Shown here: piece after piece, positions 9,795 to 19,162 of the stretch
Position numbering within the stretch: the first letter of the stretch is position 1
How the letters are laid out: each line of letters starts with the position of its first letter
DNA from: Pseudomonadota bacterium
GTDB lineage: Bacteria > Bdellovibrionota_F > JAHFAK01 > JBDREC01
DNA length: 64,000 bases
Reading direction: 5' to 3'
NCBI GenBank assembly: GCA_043820105.1
Contig: JBDREC010000004.1
Span: 5,682 to 69,681, forward strand
Notes under the pieces: model-generated
Seen by the model: the letters and a program-made list of their open reading frames with translations, nothing else
Databases searched by the model: none
What the model was told of the DNA's origin: nothing
Translations under genes and position numbers: made by a program

Positions 9795-10742
9795 ATGAAA
9801 AATATTCTTGTAATGGGTGCTTCTGGTCAAATTGGTTCAGAATTAACTTGTGCTCTTAGAAAAGAGTATGGTGATTCAAATGTTGTTGCTTCTGATATTA
9901 AAAAAGGTTTATGGGCAAATGCTTGCGATGAAGGACCCTTTGAATATCTAAATGCAACAGAAGGCGAAAAGATTCTAGATGTTGTAAAGAAATACAATAT
10001 CGATACTATTTTCAATCTTGTTGCCTTGTTATCAGCAACAGCAGAAGAAAAACCTCAACTTGCCTGGGATATCAATGTTGGTTCACTTGTTAAAATTTTA
10101 GAAATAGCCAGAGAAAATAATTGTGCAGTTTTTACTCCAAGTTCAATTGGTGCCTTTGGACCTAGTACTCCTAAAGATAAAACCCCACAGCTTACAATTC
10201 AAAGACCAAGCACTATTTATGGTGTAACTAAAGTTTCAGGAGAGCTGCTTTGTGATTATTATTACCAAAAATTTGGAGTTGATACCAGAGGTTTAAGATA
10301 TCCTGGCATTATCTCAAATGTTGCTTTACCTGGCGGTGGAACCACTGATTACGCTGTACATATTTATTATGAAGCTATAAAGAATAAAAAATATACATCC
10401 TTTATTGATAAAGGAACTTTCATTGATATGATGTATATGCCTGATGCATGTCGTGCTGCAATGGAGCTTATGGAAGCAGACCCAGTAAAACTTAATCACA
10501 GGAATGCATACAATGTTACAGCAATGAGTTTTGAGCCAGAAATGCTAGCTAGAGAAATTAAAAAACATATTCCAGATTTTGTGCTTTCATATAACGTTGA
10601 TCCCATAAGACAGAGAATCGCTAATTCTTGGCCTGATAGTATTGATGATACTGCTGCAAAAGAAGATTGGGGATGGAAGGCTGAATTTGATCTTATTAAG
10701 ATGACAGAAGATATGATTAGAGTGTTGAAGGAAAAGTTATAA
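9795..10742 (+). CDS. tdh: NAD-dependent epimerase/dehydratase family protein, probable SDR-type L-threonine 3-dehydrogenase
   Basis: Rossmann motif VMGASGQIGSEL. Catalytic YGVTKVSGELLCDYYYQKFGVDTRGLRYPGIIS. kbl lies three genes downstream. ATG at 9795 with AGGTG RBS preferred over the GTG at 9786. Confidence 0.55.
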   Translation: MKNILVMGASGQIGSELTCALRKEYGDSNVVASDIKKGLWANACDEGPFEYLNATEGEKILDVVKKYNIDTIFNLVALLSATAEEKPQLAWDINVGSLVKILEIARENNCAVFTPSSIGAFGPSTPKDKTPQLTIQRPSTIYGVTKVSGELLCDYYYQKFGVDTRGLRYPGIISNVALPGGGTTDYAVHIYYEAIKNKKYTSFIDKGTFIDMMYMPDACRAAMELMEADPVKLNHRNAYNVTAMSFEPEMLAREIKKHIPDFVLSYNVDPIRQRIANSWPDSIDDTAAKEDWGWKAEFDLIKMTEDMIRVLKEKL

Positions 10743-10746
10743 GAAT

Positions 10747-10774
10747 CGTACAGCGTACAGTGTACAGCGTACGG
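10747..10774. repeat. Tandem heptamer array (CGTACAG)x4, degenerate, immediately 3' of the tdh stop codon
   Basis: cgtacag cgtacag tgtacag cgtacgg read directly from the sequence. Confidence 0.8.
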
Positions 10775-10799
10775 CGTGAAATTTATATGAGGTGAATTT

Positions 10800-11174
10800 G
10801 TGATTTTTGGTATTGGTGTTGATATAATTGAGGTAAGTAGGCTTGATAAAGAAGCTAAGATATCTGATAACTTCTTTAGTCGTGTTTTTACTGAAAAAGA
10901 AATTGAATATTGTGAGTCTAAGAAGTTTTCAGCTCAGCATTATGCTGGTAGATTTGCGGCTAAAGAAGCTTTTTTTAAAGCATTAGGGACAGGCTTAAGG
11001 GATGGATTGACCTGGAAAGATGTAGAGCTCACTAATGATGAACTTGGAAAACCAAGTCTATGTTTTTCAGGAAGAGCAAAAGAAATTATTAAAGAAAAAA
11101 ATATTAAAAATGCGCAAGTATCTTTGTCACATATAAAGAAGCTTGCTAAGGCATTTGTTATACTGGAGACTTAG
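10800..11174 (+). CDS. acpS: Holo-[acyl-carrier-protein] synthase (4'-phosphopantetheinyl transferase)
   Basis: MIFGIGVDIIEVSRL...FSAQHYAGRFAAKEAFFKALGTG is the canonical AcpS signature. GTG start with GAGGTGA RBS. Confidence 0.8.
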   Translation: MIFGIGVDIIEVSRLDKEAKISDNFFSRVFTEKEIEYCESKKFSAQHYAGRFAAKEAFFKALGTGLRDGLTWKDVELTNDELGKPSLCFSGRAKEIIKEKNIKNAQVSLSHIKKLAKAFVILET

Positions 11175-11285
11175 TTATAAGTTGTAAGTCGTAAGTCGTA
11201 AGTCATAAGTCGTAAGTCATAAGTCGTAAGTCGTAAGACATAAGACATTCTTACCACTTATAGCTTACCACTTACCACTTACCAC
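11175..11285. repeat. Inverted pair of heptamer arrays: (GTCGTAA/GTCATAA)x10 followed by (TTACCAC)x5
   Basis: Directly visible. Core GTAAG in arm 1 is complementary to CTTAC in arm 2, giving a periodic 5-bp-helix hairpin. Sits between the acpS stop and the RBS of the acs-like gene. Confidence 0.85.
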
Positions 11286-11304
11286 TTGCTCCAAAGGAGA
11301 CAAC

Positions 11305-13008
11305 ATGAACAATATTGGATCTTATGATGAAAAAGCTAGAGACTTTAATTGGTCAGATTCAGAAAAAGAGCTTGGTTATAAAGATGGTGATGTGATTAAT
11401 ATTGGATGGTATTGTACAGACAGAATTTGCGAAATGGGAAAAGCTGACAAGCTTGCTTTGATTTGGGAAGGAATGACTGGCGAAGAAAAAAAATTTACAT
11501 TTAATGATATTCGCATGGCCAGTAATACTATTGGAAACTACTTAAGAAACTTAGGAGTTGAATCAGGTGAAAGAGTTTGTTTATTCATGGACAAAGTTCC
11601 TGAGCTATATCTTGGCTTTTTGGGGGTTTTAAAAATAGGAGCGATTGCTCAACCTTTATTTTCAGCCTTTGGCGATGAATCACTGCATGTTAGACTTTCA
11701 AACGCTGAAACTTCTGTTGTTGTAACTCAACAAAAACATGTTAATAAGGTTAGAAAGATTCGAGATACTCTTCCATCATTAAAGCATATTATTATTGTTG
11801 ATTATAATGGAAAAAAACCTCTTCAAGAAAAAGAACATGCATTCTTTTTAGGAAATGAAACTCCAGTTGATAAATTTGATATTTTTAAAAGCAAAGCAGA
11901 AACTCCTTCTGTTTTACATTATACTTCAGGAACCACGGGTCAACCAAAGGGTGTTAAGCATGTTCATTATTCATTAATTTCTCAATATATTACAGCTAAA
12001 TGGATTCTTGATATTCAGGAAGATGATATTTATTGGTGCACAGCTGATCCTGGCTGGGTTACTGGAACTTCTTATGGAATAATTGGTGCCTGGTCAAATG
12101 GTGTTACTCAATGCGTGCTTGATAAAGGGTTTTCAGCTGAAAACTGGTATTCTTTCATGGAAAAACATAAAGTAACAAATTGGTATTCAGCTCCAACAGC
12201 CATTAGATCCCTTATGAAAGCAGGAATTGGGGCTGTAAAGAAATTTGATTTATCATCATTAAGACATCTAACATCAGTCGGTGAGCCTTTAAATGCTGAA
12301 GCTGTGGTTTGGTCAAAAGAAGCTTTTGGCAAAGCTTTTCATGATACTTACTGGCAAACAGAAACAGGTTCAATAATGGTAGCTAACTATCCTGGAATGG
12401 AAGTTAAGCCAGGCTCCATGGGAAAACCTTTTCCTGGAATAATTGGTGCGATTTTAGATGAAGAAACATATGAGCCAATTACTGAAGTAAATAAAATCGG
12501 AGCAATTGCTTTTAAACCAGGCTGGCCAGCAATGATGAGAACCTATTGGAACAATGAAGAAACATATCAAAAGAAATTTAAAAATGGTTGGTATCTAACT
12601 GGCGATAGATCTACTGTTGATAAAGATGGATACTTCTGGTTCACAGGACGCGATGATGATGTTATTAATACAGCAGGTCACTTAGTGTCGCCTTTTGAAG
12701 TTGAATCTGCCCTCTTAGAGCATGAAGCTGTAGCTGAGTCAGCAGTAGTAGCAAAACCAGATGATGTTAACATGGAAGTTGTTAAAGCCTTTGTAAGCTT
12801 AAAACCAGGCTTTGAACCAGATAAAGACTTAGAATTAAAAATCATGAATTTTATTAGAAAGAAACTATCACCTCTTGCAATGCCTCAAGAGATTGAATAT
12901 ATGGACAAGCTTCCAAAAACAAGGTCTGGTAAGATTATGAGAAGACTTTTAAAAGCACGGGAATGGGGTGAAGAAATTGGTGATACATCAACTTTAGAAG
13001 ATGATTAG
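11305..13008 (+). CDS. Acetyl-CoA synthetase family AMP-forming acyl-CoA (or acyl-ACP) ligase
   Basis: YTSGTTGQPKGV, IYWCTADPGWVTGTSY, YWQTETGS and C-terminal LPKTRSGKIMRRLLK...GDTSTLED closely track Acs-type enzymes. The protein is shorter than E. coli Acs at the N-terminus. Confidence 0.75.
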   Translation: MNNIGSYDEKARDFNWSDSEKELGYKDGDVINIGWYCTDRICEMGKADKLALIWEGMTGEEKKFTFNDIRMASNTIGNYLRNLGVESGERVCLFMDKVPELYLGFLGVLKIGAIAQPLFSAFGDESLHVRLSNAETSVVVTQQKHVNKVRKIRDTLPSLKHIIIVDYNGKKPLQEKEHAFFLGNETPVDKFDIFKSKAETPSVLHYTSGTTGQPKGVKHVHYSLISQYITAKWILDIQEDDIYWCTADPGWVTGTSYGIIGAWSNGVTQCVLDKGFSAENWYSFMEKHKVTNWYSAPTAIRSLMKAGIGAVKKFDLSSLRHLTSVGEPLNAEAVVWSKEAFGKAFHDTYWQTETGSIMVANYPGMEVKPGSMGKPFPGIIGAILDEETYEPITEVNKIGAIAFKPGWPAMMRTYWNNEETYQKKFKNGWYLTGDRSTVDKDGYFWFTGRDDDVINTAGHLVSPFEVESALLEHEAVAESAVVAKPDDVNMEVVKAFVSLKPGFEPDKDLELKIMNFIRKKLSPLAMPQEIEYMDKLPKTRSGKIMRRLLKAREWGEEIGDTSTLEDD

Positions 13009-13029
13009 AAATTAACAAAGGAGAACAAA

Positions 13030-13278
13030 ATGGATGAAATGAAAAAAGTTATATTAGACTATGTTTATGAAGAATATGTTGAAGATGAAGATGATGAAGT
13101 AACATATGATACTCCACTTATTTCAGGAGGCCTCGTTGACTCATTTTCAATGGTTTCATTAAAAAGATTTTTAGAAAATAAATATAACATCTCAATTCCA
13201 GATGAAGATGCTACCCCTGAGGCTTTTGATTCTGTTGATAAGATTTGTGTTTTAGTTAATAGATTTATTAATAAATAG
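13030..13278 (+). CDS. Acyl carrier protein-like (phosphopantetheine attachment)
   Basis: 82 aa, acidic, with GGLVDSFSMVSLKRFLE carrying the DS(L/F) Ser motif. Adjacent to an AMP-ligase, and acpS is nearby. Confidence 0.55.
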   Translation: MDEMKKVILDYVYEEYVEDEDDEVTYDTPLISGGLVDSFSMVSLKRFLENKYNISIPDEDATPEAFDSVDKICVLVNRFINK

Positions 13279-13340
13279 CTGTAAGCTGTAAGCTGTAAGC
13301 TGTAAGCTTTTCTTACCACTTACCACTTACTACTTACCAC
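13279..13340. repeat. Composite heptamer element (CTGTAAG)x4 + (TTACCAC)x4
   Basis: Directly visible after the ACP stop codon. The reverse complement of this element recurs at 28691-28754. Confidence 0.85.
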
Positions 13341-13360
13341 TTTTATCTCGGAGAGATATA

Positions 13361-14608
13361 ATGGCTTATACTGATGATATAAAAAAGGGTTACAAAGACG
13401 AACTTCAGGGCATAGCAGATGCAGGTCTTTTCAAAAGTGAACGCTTTATTCATGCAGCTCAAGATGCAGACATTGAAGTTGAATTTCCAGCTGGCGCGCC
13501 TATTAAAAAAGTTATAAATATGTGCGCGAATAACTATCTTGGTTTTTCAAGTGATCCTGAGATTGTTCAGGCTGCTCATAATGGTCTTGAAACAAGAGGT
13601 TATGGAATGAGCTCAGTTCGTTTTATTTGTGGAACTCAAGATATTCACAGAGAACTTGAACAAAAGGTTTCTGAATTTTTAGGCTGTGAAGACACAATAT
13701 TATTTCCATCCTGTATGGATGCTAATGCTGGTGTTTTTGAAGCTACTTTAGATGAACAAGATGTTATTATTTCAGATAGACTTGTGCATGCTTCTATCAT
13801 TGATGGCATAAGACTTGCCCCAGCTATGCATGATACTTTTAAACATTCCAATATGGAACATCTTGAAAGTAAATTACAACTGCATGCTGACAAAAGAAGA
13901 AAAGTGATCGTAACTGATGGTGTTTTCTCAATGGATGGTGATTGTGCTAAAATGGATGAAATCGTTGCACTTGGTGAAAAATATGGAGCTTTAGTTTTTT
14001 CTGATGAATCACATTCAACTGGTTTTATCGGCAAAACAGGAAAAGGTGTGCATGAAAAATGTGGTGTAATGGGCAAGATGGATATTATTACAACTACCTT
14101 TGGTAAAGCAATGGGCGGAGCAAGCGGCGGTTGTGTTTCAGGCAGACGTGAAATCGTTGAAATGTGTCGTCAAAAAGCAAGGCCTTATCTTTTCTCAAAT
14201 GCCATGGCTCCTGTAATTATTCAAGGTGTTTTAAAGGTTTTTGAAATTCTATCAGGTTCAACTGAAAGAAGAGATAAGCTGGAATGGAATGCAAATTATT
14301 GGAGACAAGGTCTAACGGATGCTGGCTTTGTATTAAAAGATGGAGATACTCCAATTGTTCCTGTTATGCTTTTTAATGCCAAGCTTTCTCAAGATTTCTC
14401 AATTGGTTTGTATGAAGAAGGAATTTATGCAATTGGATTTTTCTTTCCTGTTGTTCCAAAAGGACAAGCGAGAATCAGAACCCAGCTTTCAGCAGCTCAT
14501 ACAAAAGAGCATCTTGATAAAGCACTTGATGCATTTATTAAGGTGGGTAAAAAATATGAGATCCTAGGAAAAACCAAACAAGAAATCATTGAAATGTATG
14601 GAATGTAA
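13361..14608 (+). CDS. kbl: Glycine C-acetyltransferase (2-amino-3-ketobutyrate CoA ligase), alpha-oxoamine synthase family
   Basis: GLFKSERFI, SVRFICGTQDIHRELEQK, ASIIDGIRL, TDGVFSMDGD and GFFFPVVPKGQARIRTQLSAAHT are near-identical to conserved E. coli Kbl blocks. PLP-Lys region TTTFGKAMGGASGG. Confidence 0.8.
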   Translation: MAYTDDIKKGYKDELQGIADAGLFKSERFIHAAQDADIEVEFPAGAPIKKVINMCANNYLGFSSDPEIVQAAHNGLETRGYGMSSVRFICGTQDIHRELEQKVSEFLGCEDTILFPSCMDANAGVFEATLDEQDVIISDRLVHASIIDGIRLAPAMHDTFKHSNMEHLESKLQLHADKRRKVIVTDGVFSMDGDCAKMDEIVALGEKYGALVFSDESHSTGFIGKTGKGVHEKCGVMGKMDIITTTFGKAMGGASGGCVSGRREIVEMCRQKARPYLFSNAMAPVIIQGVLKVFEILSGSTERRDKLEWNANYWRQGLTDAGFVLKDGDTPIVPVMLFNAKLSQDFSIGLYEEGIYAIGFFFPVVPKGQARIRTQLSAAHTKEHLDKALDAFIKVGKKYEILGKTKQEIIEMYGM

Positions 14609-14726
14609 TCATATATCAGTATTATAATAAAACTCTTTTTTTAATTCCTAAAATCTGCTATAATAGAATTAATCTAAACTTTTAAAACTTTGATAATAAT
14701 AATGAAACCCTTTGGAGGGGGAGTAA

Positions 14727-17009
14727 ATGAAGGCTGTTTTTCAATCATTAATTATTCCATTTGTTCTATTATTCTATCTACTTAGCTGTTCTGCTACTTT
14801 GAAGAATACAGATGATTCACCAGGAGATGAGTCAATTGGCATTTCTGACAATGATGACAGTACAATTGGTGATGATTTAAGTTTAAGTGATGAAAATTCT
14901 TCGGAAAATTTGGAAAGCTCTGATGCAAGCAATTTAGCTGATTCAAGTCTTTCTGCAGGGCAAAGCAATGCAAGTGCTCAGAATGTTTTGGCTTTTTCAG
15001 GGAGTCTTTCCCTTGATGGTATAATTTCAAGAAATGATACTGCAAATATTATAAGCAGAACTGATGTTATAAGTGCTGGTATTACTGTAAGTTCAGCCTA
15101 TAAGGGATTCAATAATTTTAAGTTTTCATCAAGTGCAGAAACTTATGTATTTAAAATTGTTTTAACATTAAATAACCTTGATGAAGGTGAAGTTAATTCT
15201 TATACAACTTACACAACATCAAGTGGGATTTTTAGTGCAAGTGCTGATATTGATTCACTTGGTGATAACACTATTGCAATTTTAGCAGTATATTTTCCGC
15301 AAGAAAGTACAACAGGAGAAATAGAATGGATTTTGCTTGATTATGTTGTTGAACAGGATGAGCTAGCCCTGGTCAATATTTCTGATGAACTTATAGAAGC
15401 GAATTCAACAGTGGATTATGGGACAATATCAAATTCTACGAATGAAAATGGACAGGACATTTTGCAAACCTCAGGAATTATTATTGATGATGAATTAGAG
15501 TTTATGGCTAATAATGGACCCAACTGGCTTTCTAACACCGATATCCGTATTCATCATACTGTTTTTGCTGATGAAACCTTTGAGTATAATATGTCAACTT
15601 TTGCTTTGGATTTGGATGAAAATTTATTTGGTGTTTTTGGTGAATCATGGCTTACAATAGCTGAAAGTGATACTATTGCAGGCAAAGCAATATTAACAGC
15701 TGCTCCACCCACAAGTGCCTCTGGGACATATAAAGCAAAGGTCTGGGTAAAGGATCCCTCTGACAATATTAATCAAACAAACAGAAAATTTCATGTTGCC
15801 AAGAAATGGGATTTTGATAGTTCAACACAGTGTGTTCCTGAAATAGCGTCAGATCCAACTACCCAGTTTAAAAACAATGCATCTTCATATATGCGAATTA
15901 ATAAATATTATACAGGTATGTTACTGGCTTGGAGCTCAAATTTTGGTAATCAAGGCAAATATCAGACAGTAGCCTTAGGAGTAAATAAATATTGCAGCTT
16001 AATGACAGATGGAATCATAAAATTAAAAGCAGATGCTACTTATGACTATGAGCTGATGTATTTAGATACTTATCAAAACCAAGCTCAAGATAAAAACCAT
16101 GTTTTGGCAGTTTCAAAAATAACTTTTGACTTTGGGATAAAGGGGCTGCATTGGGCGATTTACGATTTTGATAGTATCAGTAATGGACAGGCAGAAATTT
16201 TAGTTGAAAATAGTTACATGCTGGAGGAAGGAGATAGTCTTTGGAATCCTAATGGAGGCTCAAATATTAATGGCGAAGGTATTTTTTGTTGGCCTGAAAC
16301 CAATGATGGTTTAACATCTAATAAGTATCTTACCTATAATTTAAGACAGCCTGAATTTTATTCGAGCACCAGAACCTTTGATTTTGATGATACTCCGACT
16401 CCTTTAAAGGTAAACTGTACCAAGTTGCTTTCAGATCAATATGCCTTTGTTGGTGGGGCATCTGATAATATTACTATTTTTTCATTGAGCGCAGAAGACG
16501 GCACTTTGCAAGTGGATTCACAAACGCAAATAGATCCCTCTGGAAATCATAATAGCGGAATAACCATGAGCTCTGTATATGATGGCAATCATTTAGCAAT
16601 AAATTATTTTATTCAAAACGATGCTGAACAGCATCTTTATGGATTTACAATTAATAATTCAGGAGACATCGTAGCAGACAGAGTAAATCTTTTTCAGGAT
16701 AGTGGAATTCTGATCGGACAAAATAATGTTGATCCAATTTTTTCAAGTGGGAGTTCAAATGGCTTAATGGCTACAAGTTTTGCTATTGGAAGTGAAGATA
16801 TAGGTATGCTTTATTTAATGATGAGTTTAACTGACAACTATTCTTATGAGCCTGTTGGATTTCAGCTTTTTTACAATCCTGAGGCCAGCAACATTACTTC
16901 CTATTATCCTGCTCCTTTAATCTTGGCCAGTGGAGAAATTGTATTTTTCTATCAGTATCAGGCTGGGTCAAGCATTGGAAAACTATTTATTATTCCAACC
17001 AGTGACTAG
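14727..17009 (+). CDS. Large lipoprotein of unknown function, ISRND-motif family
   Basis: RBS GGAGGGGGAG. Lipobox LLSCSA. Acidic/Ser linker then GIISRNDTANIISRTDVIS. Confidence 0.6.
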   Translation: MKAVFQSLIIPFVLLFYLLSCSATLKNTDDSPGDESIGISDNDDSTIGDDLSLSDENSSENLESSDASNLADSSLSAGQSNASAQNVLAFSGSLSLDGIISRNDTANIISRTDVISAGITVSSAYKGFNNFKFSSSAETYVFKIVLTLNNLDEGEVNSYTTYTTSSGIFSASADIDSLGDNTIAILAVYFPQESTTGEIEWILLDYVVEQDELALVNISDELIEANSTVDYGTISNSTNENGQDILQTSGIIIDDELEFMANNGPNWLSNTDIRIHHTVFADETFEYNMSTFALDLDENLFGVFGESWLTIAESDTIAGKAILTAAPPTSASGTYKAKVWVKDPSDNINQTNRKFHVAKKWDFDSSTQCVPEIASDPTTQFKNNASSYMRINKYYTGMLLAWSSNFGNQGKYQTVALGVNKYCSLMTDGIIKLKADATYDYELMYLDTYQNQAQDKNHVLAVSKITFDFGIKGLHWAIYDFDSISNGQAEILVENSYMLEEGDSLWNPNGGSNINGEGIFCWPETNDGLTSNKYLTYNLRQPEFYSSTRTFDFDDTPTPLKVNCTKLLSDQYAFVGGASDNITIFSLSAEDGTLQVDSQTQIDPSGNHNSGITMSSVYDGNHLAINYFIQNDAEQHLYGFTINNSGDIVADRVNLFQDSGILIGQNNVDPIFSSGSSNGLMATSFAIGSEDIGMLYLMMSLTDNYSYEPVGFQLFYNPEASNITSYYPAPLILASGEIVFFYQYQAGSSIGKLFIIPTSD

Positions 17010-17096
17010 TCCATTCCTACTTTTCATTCAAATACTTGACATTATCTTTTAAGGGTACTTAAATTAAAAAATCTTATTTGCTTATGGAGTCAAGTT

Positions 17097-17858
17097 ATGC
17101 TTTTCAAATCAATAAAATATTTAATTTTAATTTTAATTTTTGCTCCTTTAGTTGTTAACGCCATGACAGCTGAAGAAATTATAAATAAAGCAAAAAGTGT
17201 CATGAATCAGGATACTTCAAAATCCAGAAGTAAAATGATAATAGTTACAGACAAAGGAAAAGAAAGGATTTTTATCTCAGATTCTTTTTCAAAAAATAAA
17301 GGTGAAAAAAATCTAATAATTTACGTTGAACCCAGCAGGGTCAAAGGACAAGCAGTATTAATGCTTAATAATGCTGATGATATTTGGACCTATTTTCCAA
17401 ACACTGGAAGAGTTCGAAAGATGGCAACACATGCAAAGAAAAGAAAAATGCAGGGATCGGATTTTTCTTATGAAGACATGGGTTCAGGTGATGGATTTTT
17501 AGAAATTTTTAATGCAAAAAGATTAGATGATGAACAAAAAGATGGGTATGATTGTTATAAACTCGAATTAACAAAGAAAAAAGACAAAGACACTTCTTAT
17601 TCAAAGGTTATGCTTTGGATAATTAAATCAAATTACTTGCCAGTTTTCATACAATACTTTGACGAAAAATCCCCGACTTTATTATTAAAAGAATTAACCT
17701 TAAGTGATATTAAAACAATTCAGGGAATCCCAACTCCAATGAAAATGAAGATGGAAAATAAATTAGATAATTCCAAAACAGAAATGGAAACAATCTCAAT
17801 TGAATACGGAGTGGAGCTCAGTGATAACATGTTCACAGAAAAAGGATTGAAAAAATGA
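17097..17858 (+). CDS. LolA-like outer membrane lipoprotein-sorting family protein, partner of the MMPL exporter
   Basis: Signal peptide. About 250 aa with a basic/aromatic-rich pattern. Placed directly upstream of DUF1302-like and MMPL genes, as in conserved RND-associated trios. Confidence 0.5.
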   Translation: MLFKSIKYLILILIFAPLVVNAMTAEEIINKAKSVMNQDTSKSRSKMIIVTDKGKERIFISDSFSKNKGEKNLIIYVEPSRVKGQAVLMLNNADDIWTYFPNTGRVRKMATHAKKRKMQGSDFSYEDMGSGDGFLEIFNAKRLDDEQKDGYDCYKLELTKKKDKDTSYSKVMLWIIKSNYLPVFIQYFDEKSPTLLLKELTLSDIKTIQGIPTPMKMKMENKLDNSKTEMETISIEYGVELSDNMFTEKGLKK

Positions 17859-19060
17859 TGAAAATCTTATTACAATTTATCAAAAATAGAATATTGTTCC
17901 CTTGTTTCCTTGTTCTCTTGTTCTCAATGTTGCATTCTGTTCAAGCTTACTCAACTGACTTAGACATCTACGGCTACTATGAACCACAATATCAGGGTTT
18001 TTATATAAATGATCAATACATACATTTGAATTCCAATAAACTAAGAGTTGACCTTCGATCACAACCCGTGGAATCAGTTGAGTTAAAAGCCAACTTTAAC
18101 TCAATCTTATATTTCGGACAAACCACTTGGAATATTCTAGATTATCTTCCTTCTAGTTTAACGTCATCCTTAAGTAATGAGCTTGCTGCAAATTTTGCAT
18201 TTGATTTTGAAAATCAATATTATCTTGATAATGTATATGCAAAATTTAAAACAGAATATATTGATGTTACAATTGGAAAGCAGCAAATAGCCTTTGGTTC
18301 AGGATATGCCTGGAATCCTATTGATACATTTAATCAAAAAGATGTTATGGATCCAACATATGAAAAAGCAGGTGTTAATGCAATTCGTTTAGAAGGAAAT
18401 ATTGGCACTCGTTTTTCATATGATCTAATGGTTTCACCTGCTGAAGATTTGACAGATTCAGGTAAATTGGCCAGGGCAAAAATATTTTTAGGCAGCTTTG
18501 ATTTTTCAGCTATGTATGTTGAGCAAGCTTGGACCTACACTGATTATTCAACTTTTACTGAAACAAGTTACTTGAGAAGATTAATTGGTGGTGATTTGTC
18601 AGGTGAGCTTTTAGGAGTTGGAATGCATGCAGAAGGTGGATATAGCATTTTAGTTGATGGTGATAATTTTTGGGAAGTTTTAGGTGGACTTGATTATACC
18701 TTTGATTTTGAAACAATGATAATGATTGAATATTATCATAATTCACAAGGAAAAACGAGTTCAGCTGATTACACATTAACTGATTGGATGCAGTATTACG
18801 CACAAGAGAAAAAGACAATCGCACAAGACCAAATATATTTTTATTTAAGTCATCCTCTTAGTGATTTTATTGAAGCAGGCTTATCTGTGATTTCGTGTAT
18901 AAATGATGCAAGCTTTATGGTAGTTCCTATGTTTACATATAGCATGCTAGAAAATGTTGATTTGAGTATGTTTATTGGGGCTAATATTGGTGAAACAGGT
19001 GACTTCTATGGAAGCTCAGCAGGTCAAGGTGGGTTTGTTAGGGCAAAGGTATATTTTTAA
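17855..19060 (+). CDS. Outer-membrane beta-barrel protein (DUF1302-like)
   Basis: Signal peptide. Alternating amphipathic beta-strand pattern. Terminal aromatic residue ...RAKVYF typical of OMPs. Overlaps the upstream gene by 4 nt. Confidence 0.5.
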   Translation: MMKILLQFIKNRILFPCFLVLLFSMLHSVQAYSTDLDIYGYYEPQYQGFYINDQYIHLNSNKLRVDLRSQPVESVELKANFNSILYFGQTTWNILDYLPSSLTSSLSNELAANFAFDFENQYYLDNVYAKFKTEYIDVTIGKQQIAFGSGYAWNPIDTFNQKDVMDPTYEKAGVNAIRLEGNIGTRFSYDLMVSPAEDLTDSGKLARAKIFLGSFDFSAMYVEQAWTYTDYSTFTETSYLRRLIGGDLSGELLGVGMHAEGGYSILVDGDNFWEVLGGLDYTFDFETMIMIEYYHNSQGKTSSADYTLTDWMQYYAQEKKTIAQDQIYFYLSHPLSDFIEAGLSVISCINDASFMVVPMFTYSMLENVDLSMFIGANIGETGDFYGSSAGQGGFVRAKVYF

Positions 19061-19080
19061 AACTTTGCAGTTTTAAAAAA

Positions 19081-19146
19081 GTATTCAGTATTTAGTATTC
19101 AGGAATTTATAAACTGACTGAATACCGAATACCAAATACTAAATAC
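19081..19146. repeat. Inverted heptamer arrays (GTATTCA)x3 ... (GAATACC/AAATACT)x4
   Basis: Directly visible between the DUF1302-like stop codon and the MMPL start codon. Confidence 0.85.
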
Positions 19147-19162
19147 CAAAATGGAGTTTTTT

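Noticed and set aside
13361-14608. Alternative call of the alpha-oxoamine synthase as serine palmitoyltransferase (sphingolipid synthesis), prompted by the adjacent ACP and ligase.
   Set aside because: Conserved blocks are near-identical to E. coli Kbl rather than SPT, and the ligase is Acs-like (short-chain) rather than a long-chain fatty-acyl ligase. The possibility of a non-canonical substrate is kept only as a hypothesis in the findings.
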